Assembly: GCA_963790205.1 (NCBI GenBank)
Contig: CAWBNQ010000003.1
Coordinates: 352,001 to 416,000, forward strand
Length of the DNA stretch: 64,000 nucleotides
Reading direction: 5' to 3'
Origin: Nitrospirota bacterium
Lineage (GTDB): Bacteria; Nitrospirota; UBA9217
The notes beneath the pieces are model-generated. The model had not been told where the DNA came from, searched no databases, and saw only the letters and a program-made list of their open reading frames with translations. A program made the position numbers and the translations under genes. This document shows, one piece after another, positions 52,835-63,680 of this stretch. Numbering within the stretch: the first letter of the stretch is position 1; every line of letters starts with the position of its first letter.

Positions 52835-54733
52835 ATGGCAAACGAACAACCGGTAACGAGGGGAACATTGGGCCTTACGGGCCTGACCATGAACGCAATG
52901 GCGCTGATCGCACCGGGCGCGTTCCTGTGGCTGACTTTTCAAATGCAATCGTTGTACGGCGCGCCGATGGCGGGCAGCGCCATGTGGGCAGGCATTGTTC
53001 TTGCGCTGGTGCTTTGCATCGCCACCGCGATCAGCTATGCTGAATTATCGAAGCTTTACCCGGGACCCGGCTCCTCGTATCTGTATGCGGAGCAGGCGTT
53101 CCTTTCCAAAACGCACGCGTACAAGTTCGCCCGCATTGCAAAGTTCGTGACCGGGTGGGCGAGCCACCTTTACTATTGGGTGTACCCCGGGGTCATGGTC
53201 GGCGTGACCGCGCTCATCTCCGGGTATCTGTTGAACCAGTTCTTTCCGGACACCTTCAGCGGCATCTACAACAGCCCGCTGTTCATGTTCCTGTTCTGCG
53301 CCGTGTTCGCCCTCGGCGTGGCGTACATCGCCTACCGCGGGGTGACGGGCACCACGGCAGTGAACGTGGCGATCAATATCATCCAGATCTCGGCGCTTTT
53401 GATCTTCTCGGTGATCGCCATCGGCTACCGGGTCCAGCACCCGCAGGGCTCTCAGGCATTCCATCTTTCGAACGGCATTGCCGTGAACTATCAGGTAGCG
53501 CAAGTGGTGCAGAAGGACGACAAGGGCGCTCCGGTCCCGGTGATGGACGCGAACAACAAGCCGACCATGGACAAGGACGGAAAGCCGGTCTTTCAGATGC
53601 AGGACGCACTGGACGAAAAGGCTGCCATGCCGGTCATGGCCGACAAGGACGGCAAGGCCGTGACCGACCCAAAGCTTGCCGCACCATTCACCATAGACTA
53701 CACGGAGGGTGCTGTCACGAAGGACGACAAAGGGGTTGAGACGTTCAATTATCACAAGGACGCAAAATCGGTCGTTGCTCCCCACGGTTTCAGCTTCATG
53801 TTCATTCAGGCGTGTATCGCGATCCTGATCCTGGTCGGTTTCGAGTCCGTGACCGCCATGGGTGATGAGGCGAAGCACCCGAAGAAGGACATCCCGCGGG
53901 CAGTGCTCCTTTCGCTCGTTATCCAGGGCGCGGTCTGCTACCTGATCGAGTATTTTGCGGCGAACTATATGCTGAACAACGGCTACACCATACCGAACGC
54001 CGGCGCTTCGGGCGCACCGATCGGCGACATGATGGTCATCGCAGGCACCTGGCTCTTCGGCTCCTACAGCGCGGGCAGGGCATTCATGCTGGTGCAGGCT
54101 TCGACCGTGTTCCTGGCCCTGATCGGCACCACGCTCTCGTGCCTTTCCACCGGCGCGCGCGTCACCTATGCCATGGGCAGGGACGAGGAAGTGCCGTCCC
54201 ACTTCGGCATGCTGCACGGCAAGACCGCGTCGCCCCATCGGGCCATCTGGACGCTCGCGATCATCTCCGCGATCATCGGTATCATCACCGTGTCCGTGTA
54301 TCTCGGCGGCACGACGCCTGCTCCGCTTGACAAGCACAATGTCTGGTACAGCTTCGGCATTTTCTCGCCGGCCACCTATGCGGCGATGCCGAACACGCTG
54401 GTCATCATGACCTTGATCAGCAACTTCGGCACGTTCCTGCTCTATATGATCACGAACTGGATCGCGATGGTTGCCTTCAAGGAGCACAAGAGCTTCAACG
54501 GGATCAAGCATATGGCCATCCCGATCTTCGGGTTGCTCGCAAACCTGGCGTGCATGCTCTTCTATCTCATCGGTCCGTTTATGGTCAACGGCATGAGCTG
54601 GAAGGAACCATACATCGCTCTCGGCGTCTGCGCGATATGGGGCATCTACGGTGCCGTCTACTTCCTCAAGTCCAGCAAGGCAAAAGGCAGGGAGGTGCTG
54701 CTTACGAGCAAACCGGCGCATTCACACTCGTAA
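52835..54733 (+). CDS. APC-family amino acid/amine permease with large hydrophilic loop insertion
   Basis: SYAEL...YP.PGSSY.Y, LVGFES....G.EAK.P.KDIPRA, AR..YAMGRD, P.RAI; about 12 TM helices. Confidence 0.9.
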   Translation: MANEQPVTRGTLGLTGLTMNAMALIAPGAFLWLTFQMQSLYGAPMAGSAMWAGIVLALVLCIATAISYAELSKLYPGPGSSYLYAEQAFLSKTHAYKFARIAKFVTGWASHLYYWVYPGVMVGVTALISGYLLNQFFPDTFSGIYNSPLFMFLFCAVFALGVAYIAYRGVTGTTAVNVAINIIQISALLIFSVIAIGYRVQHPQGSQAFHLSNGIAVNYQVAQVVQKDDKGAPVPVMDANNKPTMDKDGKPVFQMQDALDEKAAMPVMADKDGKAVTDPKLAAPFTIDYTEGAVTKDDKGVETFNYHKDAKSVVAPHGFSFMFIQACIAILILVGFESVTAMGDEAKHPKKDIPRAVLLSLVIQGAVCYLIEYFAANYMLNNGYTIPNAGASGAPIGDMMVIAGTWLFGSYSAGRAFMLVQASTVFLALIGTTLSCLSTGARVTYAMGRDEEVPSHFGMLHGKTASPHRAIWTLAIISAIIGIITVSVYLGGTTPAPLDKHNVWYSFGIFSPATYAAMPNTLVIMTLISNFGTFLLYMITNWIAMVAFKEHKSFNGIKHMAIPIFGLLANLACMLFYLIGPFMVNGMSWKEPYIALGVCAIWGIYGAVYFLKSSKAKGREVLLTSKPAHSHS

Positions 54734-54760
54734 CAGACGTGTCTCGACAAAAAGCAAGCC

Positions 54761-54795
54761 AGGACGGTCATCCGCGAGGGTGGCCGTCCTTTTTT
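54761..54795 (+). terminator. Intrinsic terminator after APC permease
   Basis: AGGACGGTCATCC-GCGA-GGGTGGCCGTCCT followed by T-run. Confidence 0.85.
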
Positions 54796-54827
54796 CTACT
54801 CGATGATTTTGTAAAAAATCACCTGCC

Positions 54828-54947
54828 GTCATTGCGAGGAGCGGAGTGACGAAGCAATCCCGGTTTTCAAAATGATGAGAACTGAGAGATTGCGGAGTTT
54901 ATCCCGAGCCATAAAACGAGATTGCTTCGCCTTCGTCTCGCAATGAC
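54828..54947. repeat. REP/MITE-like palindrome GTCATTGCGAG...CTCGCAATGAC
   Basis: Perfect 11-bp terminal inverted repeats plus inner GAAGCAATC/GATTGCTTC. Confidence 0.8.
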
Positions 54948-55014
54948 ACCTTTTCGGATTTATTACCAATGTATAACGCTTTTAATTTTACAAAAAAAAT
55001 GTTAAAGTGATTTT

Positions 55015-56814
55015 ATGGAACTTATCTACGCTGAACTTTCATCACCCGGACCGGCCCGCGAGAACAACGAGGATTTCGTCGGCTCCTGGCAGCCTCAAAC
55101 GCTGGAAGAAAAACGCAGCCGCGGCGCGGTCGCGATCCTGGCCGACGGCGTCGGCGGCATGGAACGCGGCGAAGTGGCAAGCCGCCTGGCCGTGGAGACG
55201 GCCCTGAAGACGTTCCAGGAGGCCCGCGGGGAGCAGACCCCGCAGCAGCTCATCACGCAGATGTTCAACGCGGCCAATCTTGCGGTCTACGACAAGGGCA
55301 TGGAGAACCACGGCAAGGCCCGCATGGCGACGACCCTGGCCGTCGTCGTGCTGCGGAACAACGAGATCACGGTGGGCAACGTGGGGGACTCGCGCGTTTA
55401 TCTCGTCAGGAAGGCGACGATCAAGCAGCTTTCCACGGACCATACCTACACCGGCATGCAGCAGAAGTTCGGGCTCATTTCCGAGCAGGAGGCAAAGACC
55501 AGCGACAAACGTTCCGTCCTGACCCGCAGCGTGGGGCAGGAGCCCGTGATCCGCGTGGATGTCGAGAATGCCACGGTGTTCAAAGGCGACAAGGTCGTGC
55601 TGTGCTCCGACGGGCTGTACGCGCACGTGGCGGACAGCGAGATCGCGGAGATCGTGTCGCGCCTTTCCCCGGCACAGGCCTGCCGTCAGCTCGTGGCCCT
55701 GGCGGAGCAGCGCGGCACCGACGACAATCTTTCGGTGCAGGTCGTGCAGATCAACGAGGTCGAGAAGGTCTCGTTATACCGCGGCGTGGCCATGTATCAG
55801 GAAACAGCGGACCCGACGACGAAGTACGAGCTCCGGCCCGGACAGGTCCTGGACAACCGTTTTCAGATCCTCGAAACCATCTCCCGGAGCGGCATGGCCA
55901 CCATCTTCAAGGCCACGGACCTGAACACCAAGCTGACCGTGGCGATCAAGGTGCCGCTCCTGCAGTACGAGAGCGACCCCGGCTTTTACTCGCGGTTCCA
56001 GCGCGAGGAGGAGATCGGGAGCCGCCTGAACCATCCCTCTATCCTGAAATTTTACCCCGTGCCCGAGGAGCTTCGCACCCGTCCCTACATCGTGACCGAG
56101 TATCTCCGCGGCTACACGCTTTCTTACCTGCTCACCAGCGTACGGCCGATGCCGGAAAAAGACGCGCTCAGGCTGGCCAGTCTCGTGTGCGAGGCATTAG
56201 AGTACATGCACGGACAGGGCGTGGTCCACCGGGACCTGAAGCCCCAGAACATCATGCTCTGCAACGACGGCACGATCCGGATCATGGACTTCGGCATTGC
56301 CAAGGCCGCGGGCAGGCGGATGACCTTTCCCGGCTTCACTCCGGCCGTGGGTACTCCCGATTACATGGCCCCCGAGCAGGTGAAGGGGAAGCGCGGGGAC
56401 GAGCGGACCGACATCTACAGCCTCGGCGCCATGCTCTATGAAATGGTCGTGGGCGTGCCGCCGTTCCAGTGCGAGACCGACAACCCCCTCGTGATCATGA
56501 ACGCCCGCGTCGAAGGCGACCCCATTGCCCCGCGGAAACGCAATCCGAAGGTCTCTCCGCAGATCGAGGAGATCATCCTCCACGCCATGGAGCGCGATCC
56601 CCGGAAGCGTTATCAAGCAGCCGCTGCAATGAAGGCGGAGCTGGATGCCCCGGCTATGGTGCAACTTACCAACAGGTGCGACCGGCTCCAGGAGCCGGCG
56701 CCGGGAAAGCGCGGGTTGAAGAAAGCGCTCTGGATTGCGCTGGGAATCTTGATCCCGCTCATCATTTTCATCTTGCTCGTGTTACTGATCATTCATCGCG
56801 GTCCCGCTCATTAA
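55015..56814 (+). CDS. Bifunctional PP2C phosphatase / Hanks-type Ser/Thr kinase with C-terminal TM anchor
   Basis: RENNED, ADGVGG, NVGDSR, LCSDGL, GTDDN; VAIK, HRDLKPQN, DFG, YMAPE; hydrophobic C-terminus. Confidence 0.93.
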   Translation: MELIYAELSSPGPARENNEDFVGSWQPQTLEEKRSRGAVAILADGVGGMERGEVASRLAVETALKTFQEARGEQTPQQLITQMFNAANLAVYDKGMENHGKARMATTLAVVVLRNNEITVGNVGDSRVYLVRKATIKQLSTDHTYTGMQQKFGLISEQEAKTSDKRSVLTRSVGQEPVIRVDVENATVFKGDKVVLCSDGLYAHVADSEIAEIVSRLSPAQACRQLVALAEQRGTDDNLSVQVVQINEVEKVSLYRGVAMYQETADPTTKYELRPGQVLDNRFQILETISRSGMATIFKATDLNTKLTVAIKVPLLQYESDPGFYSRFQREEEIGSRLNHPSILKFYPVPEELRTRPYIVTEYLRGYTLSYLLTSVRPMPEKDALRLASLVCEALEYMHGQGVVHRDLKPQNIMLCNDGTIRIMDFGIAKAAGRRMTFPGFTPAVGTPDYMAPEQVKGKRGDERTDIYSLGAMLYEMVVGVPPFQCETDNPLVIMNARVEGDPIAPRKRNPKVSPQIEEIILHAMERDPRKRYQAAAAMKAELDAPAMVQLTNRCDRLQEPAPGKRGLKKALWIALGILIPLIIFILLVLLIIHRGPAH

Positions 56815-56868
56815 TCCCATTTGCACTTCCCTGGTTCCTATATTCAGTTAGCTCAATAGTTTATTCCA

Positions 56869-56904
56869 TGCCCATTTATTAATCATGCGCCTACAATTTC
56901 ATCT
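56869..56904 (+). promoter_or_regulatory. Tandem NtrC-like enhancer sites (copy 2)
   Basis: TGCCCATTTATTAATCA-TG-CGCCTACAATTTCATCT, 130 bp before sigma54 site. Confidence 0.7.
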
Positions 56905-56998
56905 CTCGTGAAGGAAGAGAAGGCCCTGCTGCCTGGTGGGTTATCAATTTTGCGCAATGAAATTAGTCGTTTTACCGGTTTTCTATTCCAGTCGAGCG

Positions 56999-57014
56999 TG
57001 GCACGGGCTTTGCT
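56999..57014 (+). promoter_or_regulatory. Sigma54 promoter (PII-SMR-Amt-PII operon)
   Basis: TGGCACGGGCTTTGCT. Confidence 0.88.
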
Positions 57015-57122
57015 TTAACTGATGTTGAGATGAAGAGAGAAGCGGTGGCAGTGATCGGGGCCTGCCGACGGTAAGGGACGCAAGTTCGTGGTTTTAAAAA
57101 ACGGAAGAAAAGGAGATTCATT

Positions 57123-57461
57123 ATGAAAAGGATCGAAGCGATTATACGTCCGGAGAAGGCTTCCGCGGTATGCGCCGCTTTGGACGACGCGGGCCATCCC
57201 GGTGTGACGCTCTCTCATGTCGAGGGCCAGGGAGATCAAAAAAAGTGGGTCAATCACGTCCGCGGCATATCATATAAAGTAGGCTTGCTGAGCAAAACGA
57301 GGGTGGAAGTAGTCGTAAAAGACGAAGACACGGACAAGATCATCAAAGCCATACGTGACGCCGCGTTGACCGGCGAGGTGGGCGACGGTAAGATCTTCGT
57401 CCATGATATGGCCAATGCCATACGGATAAGGACCAACGAAAGCGGCATAGCGGCACTATAA
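57123..57461 (+). CDS. PII-family nitrogen regulator, divergent T-loop
   Basis: [30 protein letters not shown]. Confidence 0.93.
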   Translation: MKRIEAIIRPEKASAVCAALDDAGHPGVTLSHVEGQGDQKKWVNHVRGISYKVGLLSKTRVEVVVKDEDTDKIIKAIRDAALTGEVGDGKIFVHDMANAIRIRTNESGIAAL

Positions 57462-57569
57462 ACGCGCTTCGTCGTGCCGGTAAGTTCTCCAGCACGATGA
57501 AACGATCTTTTGAAATAGGTATAATAAATAATAAAGAAAGGATTCCAGTTTTCTGAAGGAAATTCTCAT

Positions 57570-57899
57570 ATGACCTATCTTGCTTGGCTCATTTTCATCG
57601 CTGCGGCAGTTCTGGAGGTCGGCGGCGATGCCGTCGTCCGCAAGGGGCTTCGCGGAAGCGGCCTCATTATCATTATGATCGGTTTCGCCATGCTGGGCTG
57701 CTACGGCGTGGTGGTCAACATGGTGAAATGGGATTTTTCGAAAATGCTGGGAGTGTATGTCGCGATCTTTGCGCTTATCAGCATACTGTTCGGACGTTTC
57801 GTGTTCAAGGAAGCCGTTCCGGCCGCTACGTGGATAGGATTGACGGTTATTATCAGCGGCGGAATGATTATTCAGTTCGGGGACAAGATCAAGATATAG
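57570..57899 (+). CDS. Small 4-TM membrane protein, SMR/YnfA-like (DMT superfamily)
   Basis: 109 aa, four hydrophobic segments, Glu in TM1 (AAVLEVGGD), GVY.A, F.E. Confidence 0.7.
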   Translation: MTYLAWLIFIAAAVLEVGGDAVVRKGLRGSGLIIIMIGFAMLGCYGVVVNMVKWDFSKMLGVYVAIFALISILFGRFVFKEAVPAATWIGLTVIISGGMIIQFGDKIKI

Positions 57900-57915
57900 C
57901 GGCGAAGGATAAAGT

Positions 57916-59522
<1,607 letters not shown>

Positions 59523-59565
59523 GAGTCCCCCCATTATCCTCCCTGAATATGAGGGGCGCAACAAA

Positions 59566-59599
59566 GGCCGGCATGAGCTCTCATGCCGGCCCGCTTTTT
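59566..59599. terminator. Bidirectional terminator between PII and rubrerythrin genes
   Basis: GGCCGGCATGAG-CT-CTCATGCCGGCC, nearby T-run. Confidence 0.75.
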
Positions 59600-59626
59600 G
59601 GGTCTAACGGAGTAATGGTTTTCGTT

Positions 59627-60121
59627 TTAGGCCATTTTTTTGAATGCCTGCTTTTTCGCCTTGCAGACCGGGCAGTCATCCGGCGCTTCGCCCTCCGCGG
59701 TATAGCCGCAGACCGAGCAGACGTAGTAGTCCGTGACCGTGTTCTGGCCGAGGCTTTCAAGGGCCTTCTGGTAGAGCGCGGCATGGACCTTTTCCACTTC
59801 GTTGGCGAGCGTAAAGCTCCTTAAAGCGTTCTTGGCCGCCTCGTCCGTGGCGTCGGCGATCATCTGCGGGTACATCTTCTGATATTCGTAGTTCTCTCCG
59901 CTGATGGCGGCGATCAGGTTGTCTTTCGTGGACTTGATGCCATCGAGCGCGCGCAAGTGGTTGTGCGCGTGCACCGTCTCGGCCTCGGCCGCGGCCCTGA
60001 ATAATTTTGCAACCTGTTGGTAGCCTTCCATCTCAGCCTTGTGCGCAAAGGCCAAATACCTTCTGTTCGCCTGAGACTCTCCGGCAAATGCGTTCTGCAG
60101 GTTCTGCTCGGTTTTCGACAT
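59627..60121 (-). CDS. rbr: Rubrerythrin
   Basis: AFAGESQA, E.VH twice, GENYE, CSVCG..CPVC rubredoxin domain; GAGGAGG RBS. Confidence 0.93.
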   Translation of the reverse strand: MSKTEQNLQNAFAGESQANRRYLAFAHKAEMEGYQQVAKLFRAAAEAETVHAHNHLRALDGIKSTKDNLIAAISGENYEYQKMYPQMIADATDEAAKNALRSFTLANEVEKVHAALYQKALESLGQNTVTDYYVCSVCGYTAEGEAPDDCPVCKAKKQAFKKMA

Positions 60122-60239
60122 CGTTGTGGTCCTCCTCGATATGTTTTTATCAACGTCTTTGGGGTATAATGATAAGCATAGCAGAAATCCGCGCAAGGTT
60201 ATGCAAACCCCTGCTTGTTTATAAGGGAGGCTTTCGGGG

Positions 60240-60431
60240 TCAATGGAGCGTCCCTTCCCGTTCAAAGATCTTGTGATTGCAAAAAATGCAGACCGTTTCC
60301 CGCTCTTCCGACCAGAGCGCTATCTCACCGCCGCATTTGGGACAGACCGCGATGAGCTCCTGGCCCATATCGATCCGCACACCGATGCCGAGCGTTTGTT
60401 TCCCTTTAGGCGATAACCTTTTCTCTTTCAT
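60240..60431 (-). CDS. Small zinc-ribbon protein
   Basis: CPKCG..CIFC; overlaps upstream gene, GGAGG RBS. Confidence 0.65.
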   Translation of the reverse strand: MKEKRLSPKGKQTLGIGVRIDMGQELIAVCPKCGGEIALWSEERETVCIFCNHKIFEREGTLH

Positions 60432-60861
60432 GGGCCTTCCTCCATCCTTCCTGTGCGAGGCGCTCCATCCGCTTGATTCCCCAGTTCCTGAACTCTTCGA
60501 AATATTTCTTTCGGTCCGTTGCGGCGAGTTTTACCAGCGCTTCCCGCTCTCTGGCGGAATCGATATGATCATTCGGATAGACGCCTTTCCAGGCGCAGTA
60601 TCCTTCGTCGAAAAGGAATTCGGGGCTGATGACCGCGCCGCCACGGGCAATCTTCTGCATCATGAAGCGCGCAATATCCATATCGTATTCGATGATCCAC
60701 CCATTGTCGAAAAGCATGGTTTCCGGATCGAAAGCAGTATTCGTGGAGCAGACAGGACAGAACAGCCTCCGTACGGCCTCGACCGGCAGGATACTGTCTT
60801 TGGTATGGAAGCTCGCGCTGTTGTTGCCGCAGGTACAGGTGATCTTATGCTCTACGCACAT
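60406..60861 (-). CDS. Hypothetical Cys-containing protein
   Basis: CTC and CPVC motifs; GGAGG RBS; coupled to perR. Confidence 0.75.
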   Translation of the reverse strand: MCVEHKITCTCGNNSASFHTKDSILPVEAVRRLFCPVCSTNTAFDPETMLFDNGWIIEYDMDIARFMMQKIARGGAVISPEFLFDEGYCAWKGVYPNDHIDSAREREALVKLAATDRKKYFEEFRNWGIKRMERLAQEGWRKAHEREKVIA

Positions 60862-61285
60862 TTGCCGCCTCCTTGTTCAGGTGTCGTTTGTCCGTTTCCT
60901 TGCAGCCGGTGCAAACCCCGTAAAACTCAACGTGATTGTTCACTACGGTAAAATTTCGTTTCATGCTTTCCGGCAGTTCGGGGTCATGGTCAATTTGAAC
61001 ATCCACGACTTTTTTGCAGGCCATACAAATCAAATGGCTGTGGTGTCCGGTGTCGGGGTCATAGCGTTTCTTCGCCGGATCGATCGTCAGCTCCCGCACG
61101 CCACCCTTGTCCTTGAGCGCACCCAGCGTGTTGTACACGGTCGCAAAGGACATGGTCGGGAACCTTTTTAAAACCGCTTTATAGATCTCCTCCGCTGAGG
61201 GATGGTCTTTGTTATTGTCGAGATAATCGAAGATCGCCATCCGCTGGGGTGTCAGCTTTAATCCTATGTTCCGGTATTTGTCCAT
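60845..61285 (-). CDS. perR: Fur-family repressor, PerR-like
   Basis: KLTPQR.AI, HPSAEEIY, ATVYNTL, RYD....HSHLIC..C..VVD, GVC..C. Confidence 0.85.
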   Translation of the reverse strand: MDKYRNIGLKLTPQRMAIFDYLDNNKDHPSAEEIYKAVLKRFPTMSFATVYNTLGALKDKGGVRELTIDPAKKRYDPDTGHHSHLICMACKKVVDVQIDHDPELPESMKRNFTVVNNHVEFYGVCTGCKETDKRHLNKEAANVRRA

Positions 61286-61298
61286 TGCCCGCACTAAT

Positions 61299-61335
61299 TA
61301 ATAATAATTCTAAACTAATAAGTATTATTTGTCAA
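61299..61335 (-). promoter_or_regulatory. Sigma70 promoter overlapped by Per/Fur box
   Basis: Minus strand TTGACA-N17-TAGAAT; TAATAATAATTCTAA (61299-61313) differs from TTATAATNATTATAA at two positions. Confidence 0.8.
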
Positions 61336-61417
61336 GATAAAATTATATGCTGATCTGGCCGGCGCGCTCCGGGATGCGCCGATAGTATGCCGAACAGGCG
61401 GACGTTGGATATGCTCC

Positions 61418-61453
61418 TGCTCATGTTTTGGTCACGTGCCTAAAATAATGTCT
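61418..61453 (+). promoter_or_regulatory. Tandem NtrC-like enhancer sites (copy 3)
   Basis: TGCTCATGTTTTGGTCA-CG-TGCCTAAAATAATGTCT, 133 bp before sigma54 site. Confidence 0.65.
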
Positions 61454-61510
61454 GCTTTTCCCCGGTGCCGGCATTATGCCATCTTCTTGGGCGTTAATGC
61501 GGATCAATAA

Positions 61511-61523
61511 TATCAATCAGTTA
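61511..61523 (+). promoter_or_regulatory. IHF site between enhancer and sigma54 promoter
   Basis: TATCAATCAGTTA matches WATCAANNNNTTR. Confidence 0.6.
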
Positions 61524-61550
61524 GCAGCGTGCTCATTCACTGTGGAAAGT

Positions 61551-61566
61551 TGGCACGGGCCTTGCT
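61551..61566 (+). promoter_or_regulatory. Sigma54 promoter (glnK-amtB)
   Basis: TGGCACGGGCCTTGCT. Confidence 0.88.
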
Positions 61567-61572
61567 TATTAA

Positions 61573-61968
<396 letters not shown>

Positions 61969-62080
61969 CGCGGGGGCCTCGCGCCAAGCATCAAACACGA
62001 AATTTCAAACGTTTCGGTAATTGAGATTTGTCGTTTGGAGCCTATTTGGAATTTGAAATTTTATTCAGGGAGGAATGAAC

Positions 62081-63427
62081 ATGAATGGATTTGGACTCAA
62101 AACAGCGGCAATGCTCGTTCTGATCATTGTTGCGGTACTTGCCGTTGCACCGGCAATCATCATGGCCCAGGAAGCCGCGCCCGCGGCAGCAAGCGCTCCG
62201 GCAGCGGCCGCGCCCAAGATCGATACGGGCGACACGGCATGGATGATCGTGGCGACGGCACTGGTCATGCTCATGTCGATACCCGGCCTGGCGCTCTTTT
62301 ACGGCGGCCTCGCCAAGAGAAAAGACTCGCTCAACACCATGGCCATGACCTTTGTCACGTTCTGCATCGTGAGCGTGCTGTGGGTCGTTTATGGCTATTC
62401 ATTTTCCTTTGTCGGCGACGTCCGGGGGCTCATTGGAAATGCATCGCGGTTGTTCTTGAAAGGCATCGGGCCAAACAGCATTTCGGACGCGGCAAAAACG
62501 ATCCCGGAGTACATCTTTATCGCGTACCAGCTCACCTTTGCGGCGATCACCGTGGCCCTGGCCTCCGGCGCCTACATCGAGCGCATGAAGTTCTCAGCCT
62601 GGCTCCTCTTCTCCGTGATCTGGATGACCGTGGTATATCTCCCCGTGGCGCATTGGGTATGGGGAGGCGGGTTCCTGGCAAAGCTGGGGGCGCTTGACTT
62701 CGCGGGTGGAACGGTCGTACACATCAACGCCGGCATCGCTGCGCTTGTGGGGGCCTTGATGCTCGGGAAGCGTCGTGAAAAGGCGATCATGCCCGGCAAC
62801 CTCACGCTCGTGGTGACCGGCGCGGGTCTTCTGTGGTTCGGCTGGTTCGGTTTCAACGCAGGCTCTGCTTTGGCTGCGAGCGGCCTGGCAGGAGCGGCCT
62901 TCATCAACACCAACACGGCAACGGCCGTGGCGGCCCTCGCGTGGATGGTCGTCGAATGGATGCACTCCGGCAAACCCACGGTGCTCGGGCTCGCTTCGGG
63001 AGCGGTCGGCGGGCTGGTGGCCATCACCCCGGCGGCCGGGTACGTGAACATCTCCGGCGCCATCATCATCGGCATTGCTGCCGGTGTGATACCCTTCTTT
63101 GCCGTGGCGAAGATGAAGCCCTACTTCGGATATGACGACACGCTCGACGCCTTCGGCATCCACGGCGTCGGCGGGACCATCGGCGCGATCCTGACCGGTG
63201 TCTTCGCGGACCCGGCGATCAATGGGGCAAAGGGCCTTCTCTACGGCAATCCCGGCCAGCTCTGGACGCAGCTCATTGCGGTGGCCGTTACGCTGGTGTA
63301 CAGCGGCGTCATGACCTTTATCATCTTCACGGTGCTTAAAGCGGTCGTTGGCATACGGGTCGACGGCGAGGAAGAGTATGTCGGGCTCGATGAAAGCCAG
63401 CATGGAGAAAAGGCATATAACCTGTAA
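62081..63427 (+). CDS. amtB: Ammonium transporter AmtB
   Basis: Signal peptide, [53 protein letters not shown]. Confidence 0.96.
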   Translation: MNGFGLKTAAMLVLIIVAVLAVAPAIIMAQEAAPAAASAPAAAAPKIDTGDTAWMIVATALVMLMSIPGLALFYGGLAKRKDSLNTMAMTFVTFCIVSVLWVVYGYSFSFVGDVRGLIGNASRLFLKGIGPNSISDAAKTIPEYIFIAYQLTFAAITVALASGAYIERMKFSAWLLFSVIWMTVVYLPVAHWVWGGGFLAKLGALDFAGGTVVHINAGIAALVGALMLGKRREKAIMPGNLTLVVTGAGLLWFGWFGFNAGSALAASGLAGAAFINTNTATAVAALAWMVVEWMHSGKPTVLGLASGAVGGLVAITPAAGYVNISGAIIIGIAAGVIPFFAVAKMKPYFGYDDTLDAFGIHGVGGTIGAILTGVFADPAINGAKGLLYGNPGQLWTQLIAVAVTLVYSGVMTFIIFTVLKAVVGIRVDGEEEYVGLDESQHGEKAYNL

Positions 63428-63481
63428 GCAGTGCATGGTAATCAGGCAGCATGATTTTTAAACAAGGCGTGAGACAATTAT

Positions 63482-63517
63482 TGCCCATTTATTAATCATG
63501 TGCCCAAAAGCTCATCA
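63482..63517 (+). promoter_or_regulatory. Tandem NtrC-like enhancer sites (copy 4)
   Basis: TGCCCATTTATTAATCA-TG-TGCCCAAAAGCTCATCA, 134 bp before sigma54 site; first 19 nt identical to copy 2. Confidence 0.72.
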
Positions 63518-63615
63518 CGAAATGGATTTATGAACGGCCATACCTGACCTGGTATTGCGTATAAGAGGTTAATGAATTCAATGCGTTTTAAACAGGCATT
63601 CTTGTGCCATGACTA

Positions 63616-63631
63616 TGGCATGAGCATTGCT
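63616..63631 (+). promoter_or_regulatory. Sigma54 promoter (third amt)
   Basis: TGGCATGAGCATTGCT. Confidence 0.82.
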
Positions 63632-63680
63632 TAATATTAAAACACATGATGAAATCATGCACACTCTTATCAGAGGAGGT

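Noticed and set aside
53045..54721. Long antisense ORFs (also 1445-2509, 17965-19260, 21288-22604 and others)
   Set aside because: Shadows of GC-rich codon usage opposite well-supported genes; no motifs
57040..57082. Hairpin in PII leader reminiscent of glutamine (glnA) riboswitch or ANTAR site
   Set aside because: Only one short stem (GGCAG/CTGCC) plus GACGG; E-loop and paired loop motifs not found
63595..63610. Second, minus-strand sigma54 site (TGGCACAAGAATGC)
   Set aside because: GG-to-GC spacing is 9, not the required 10
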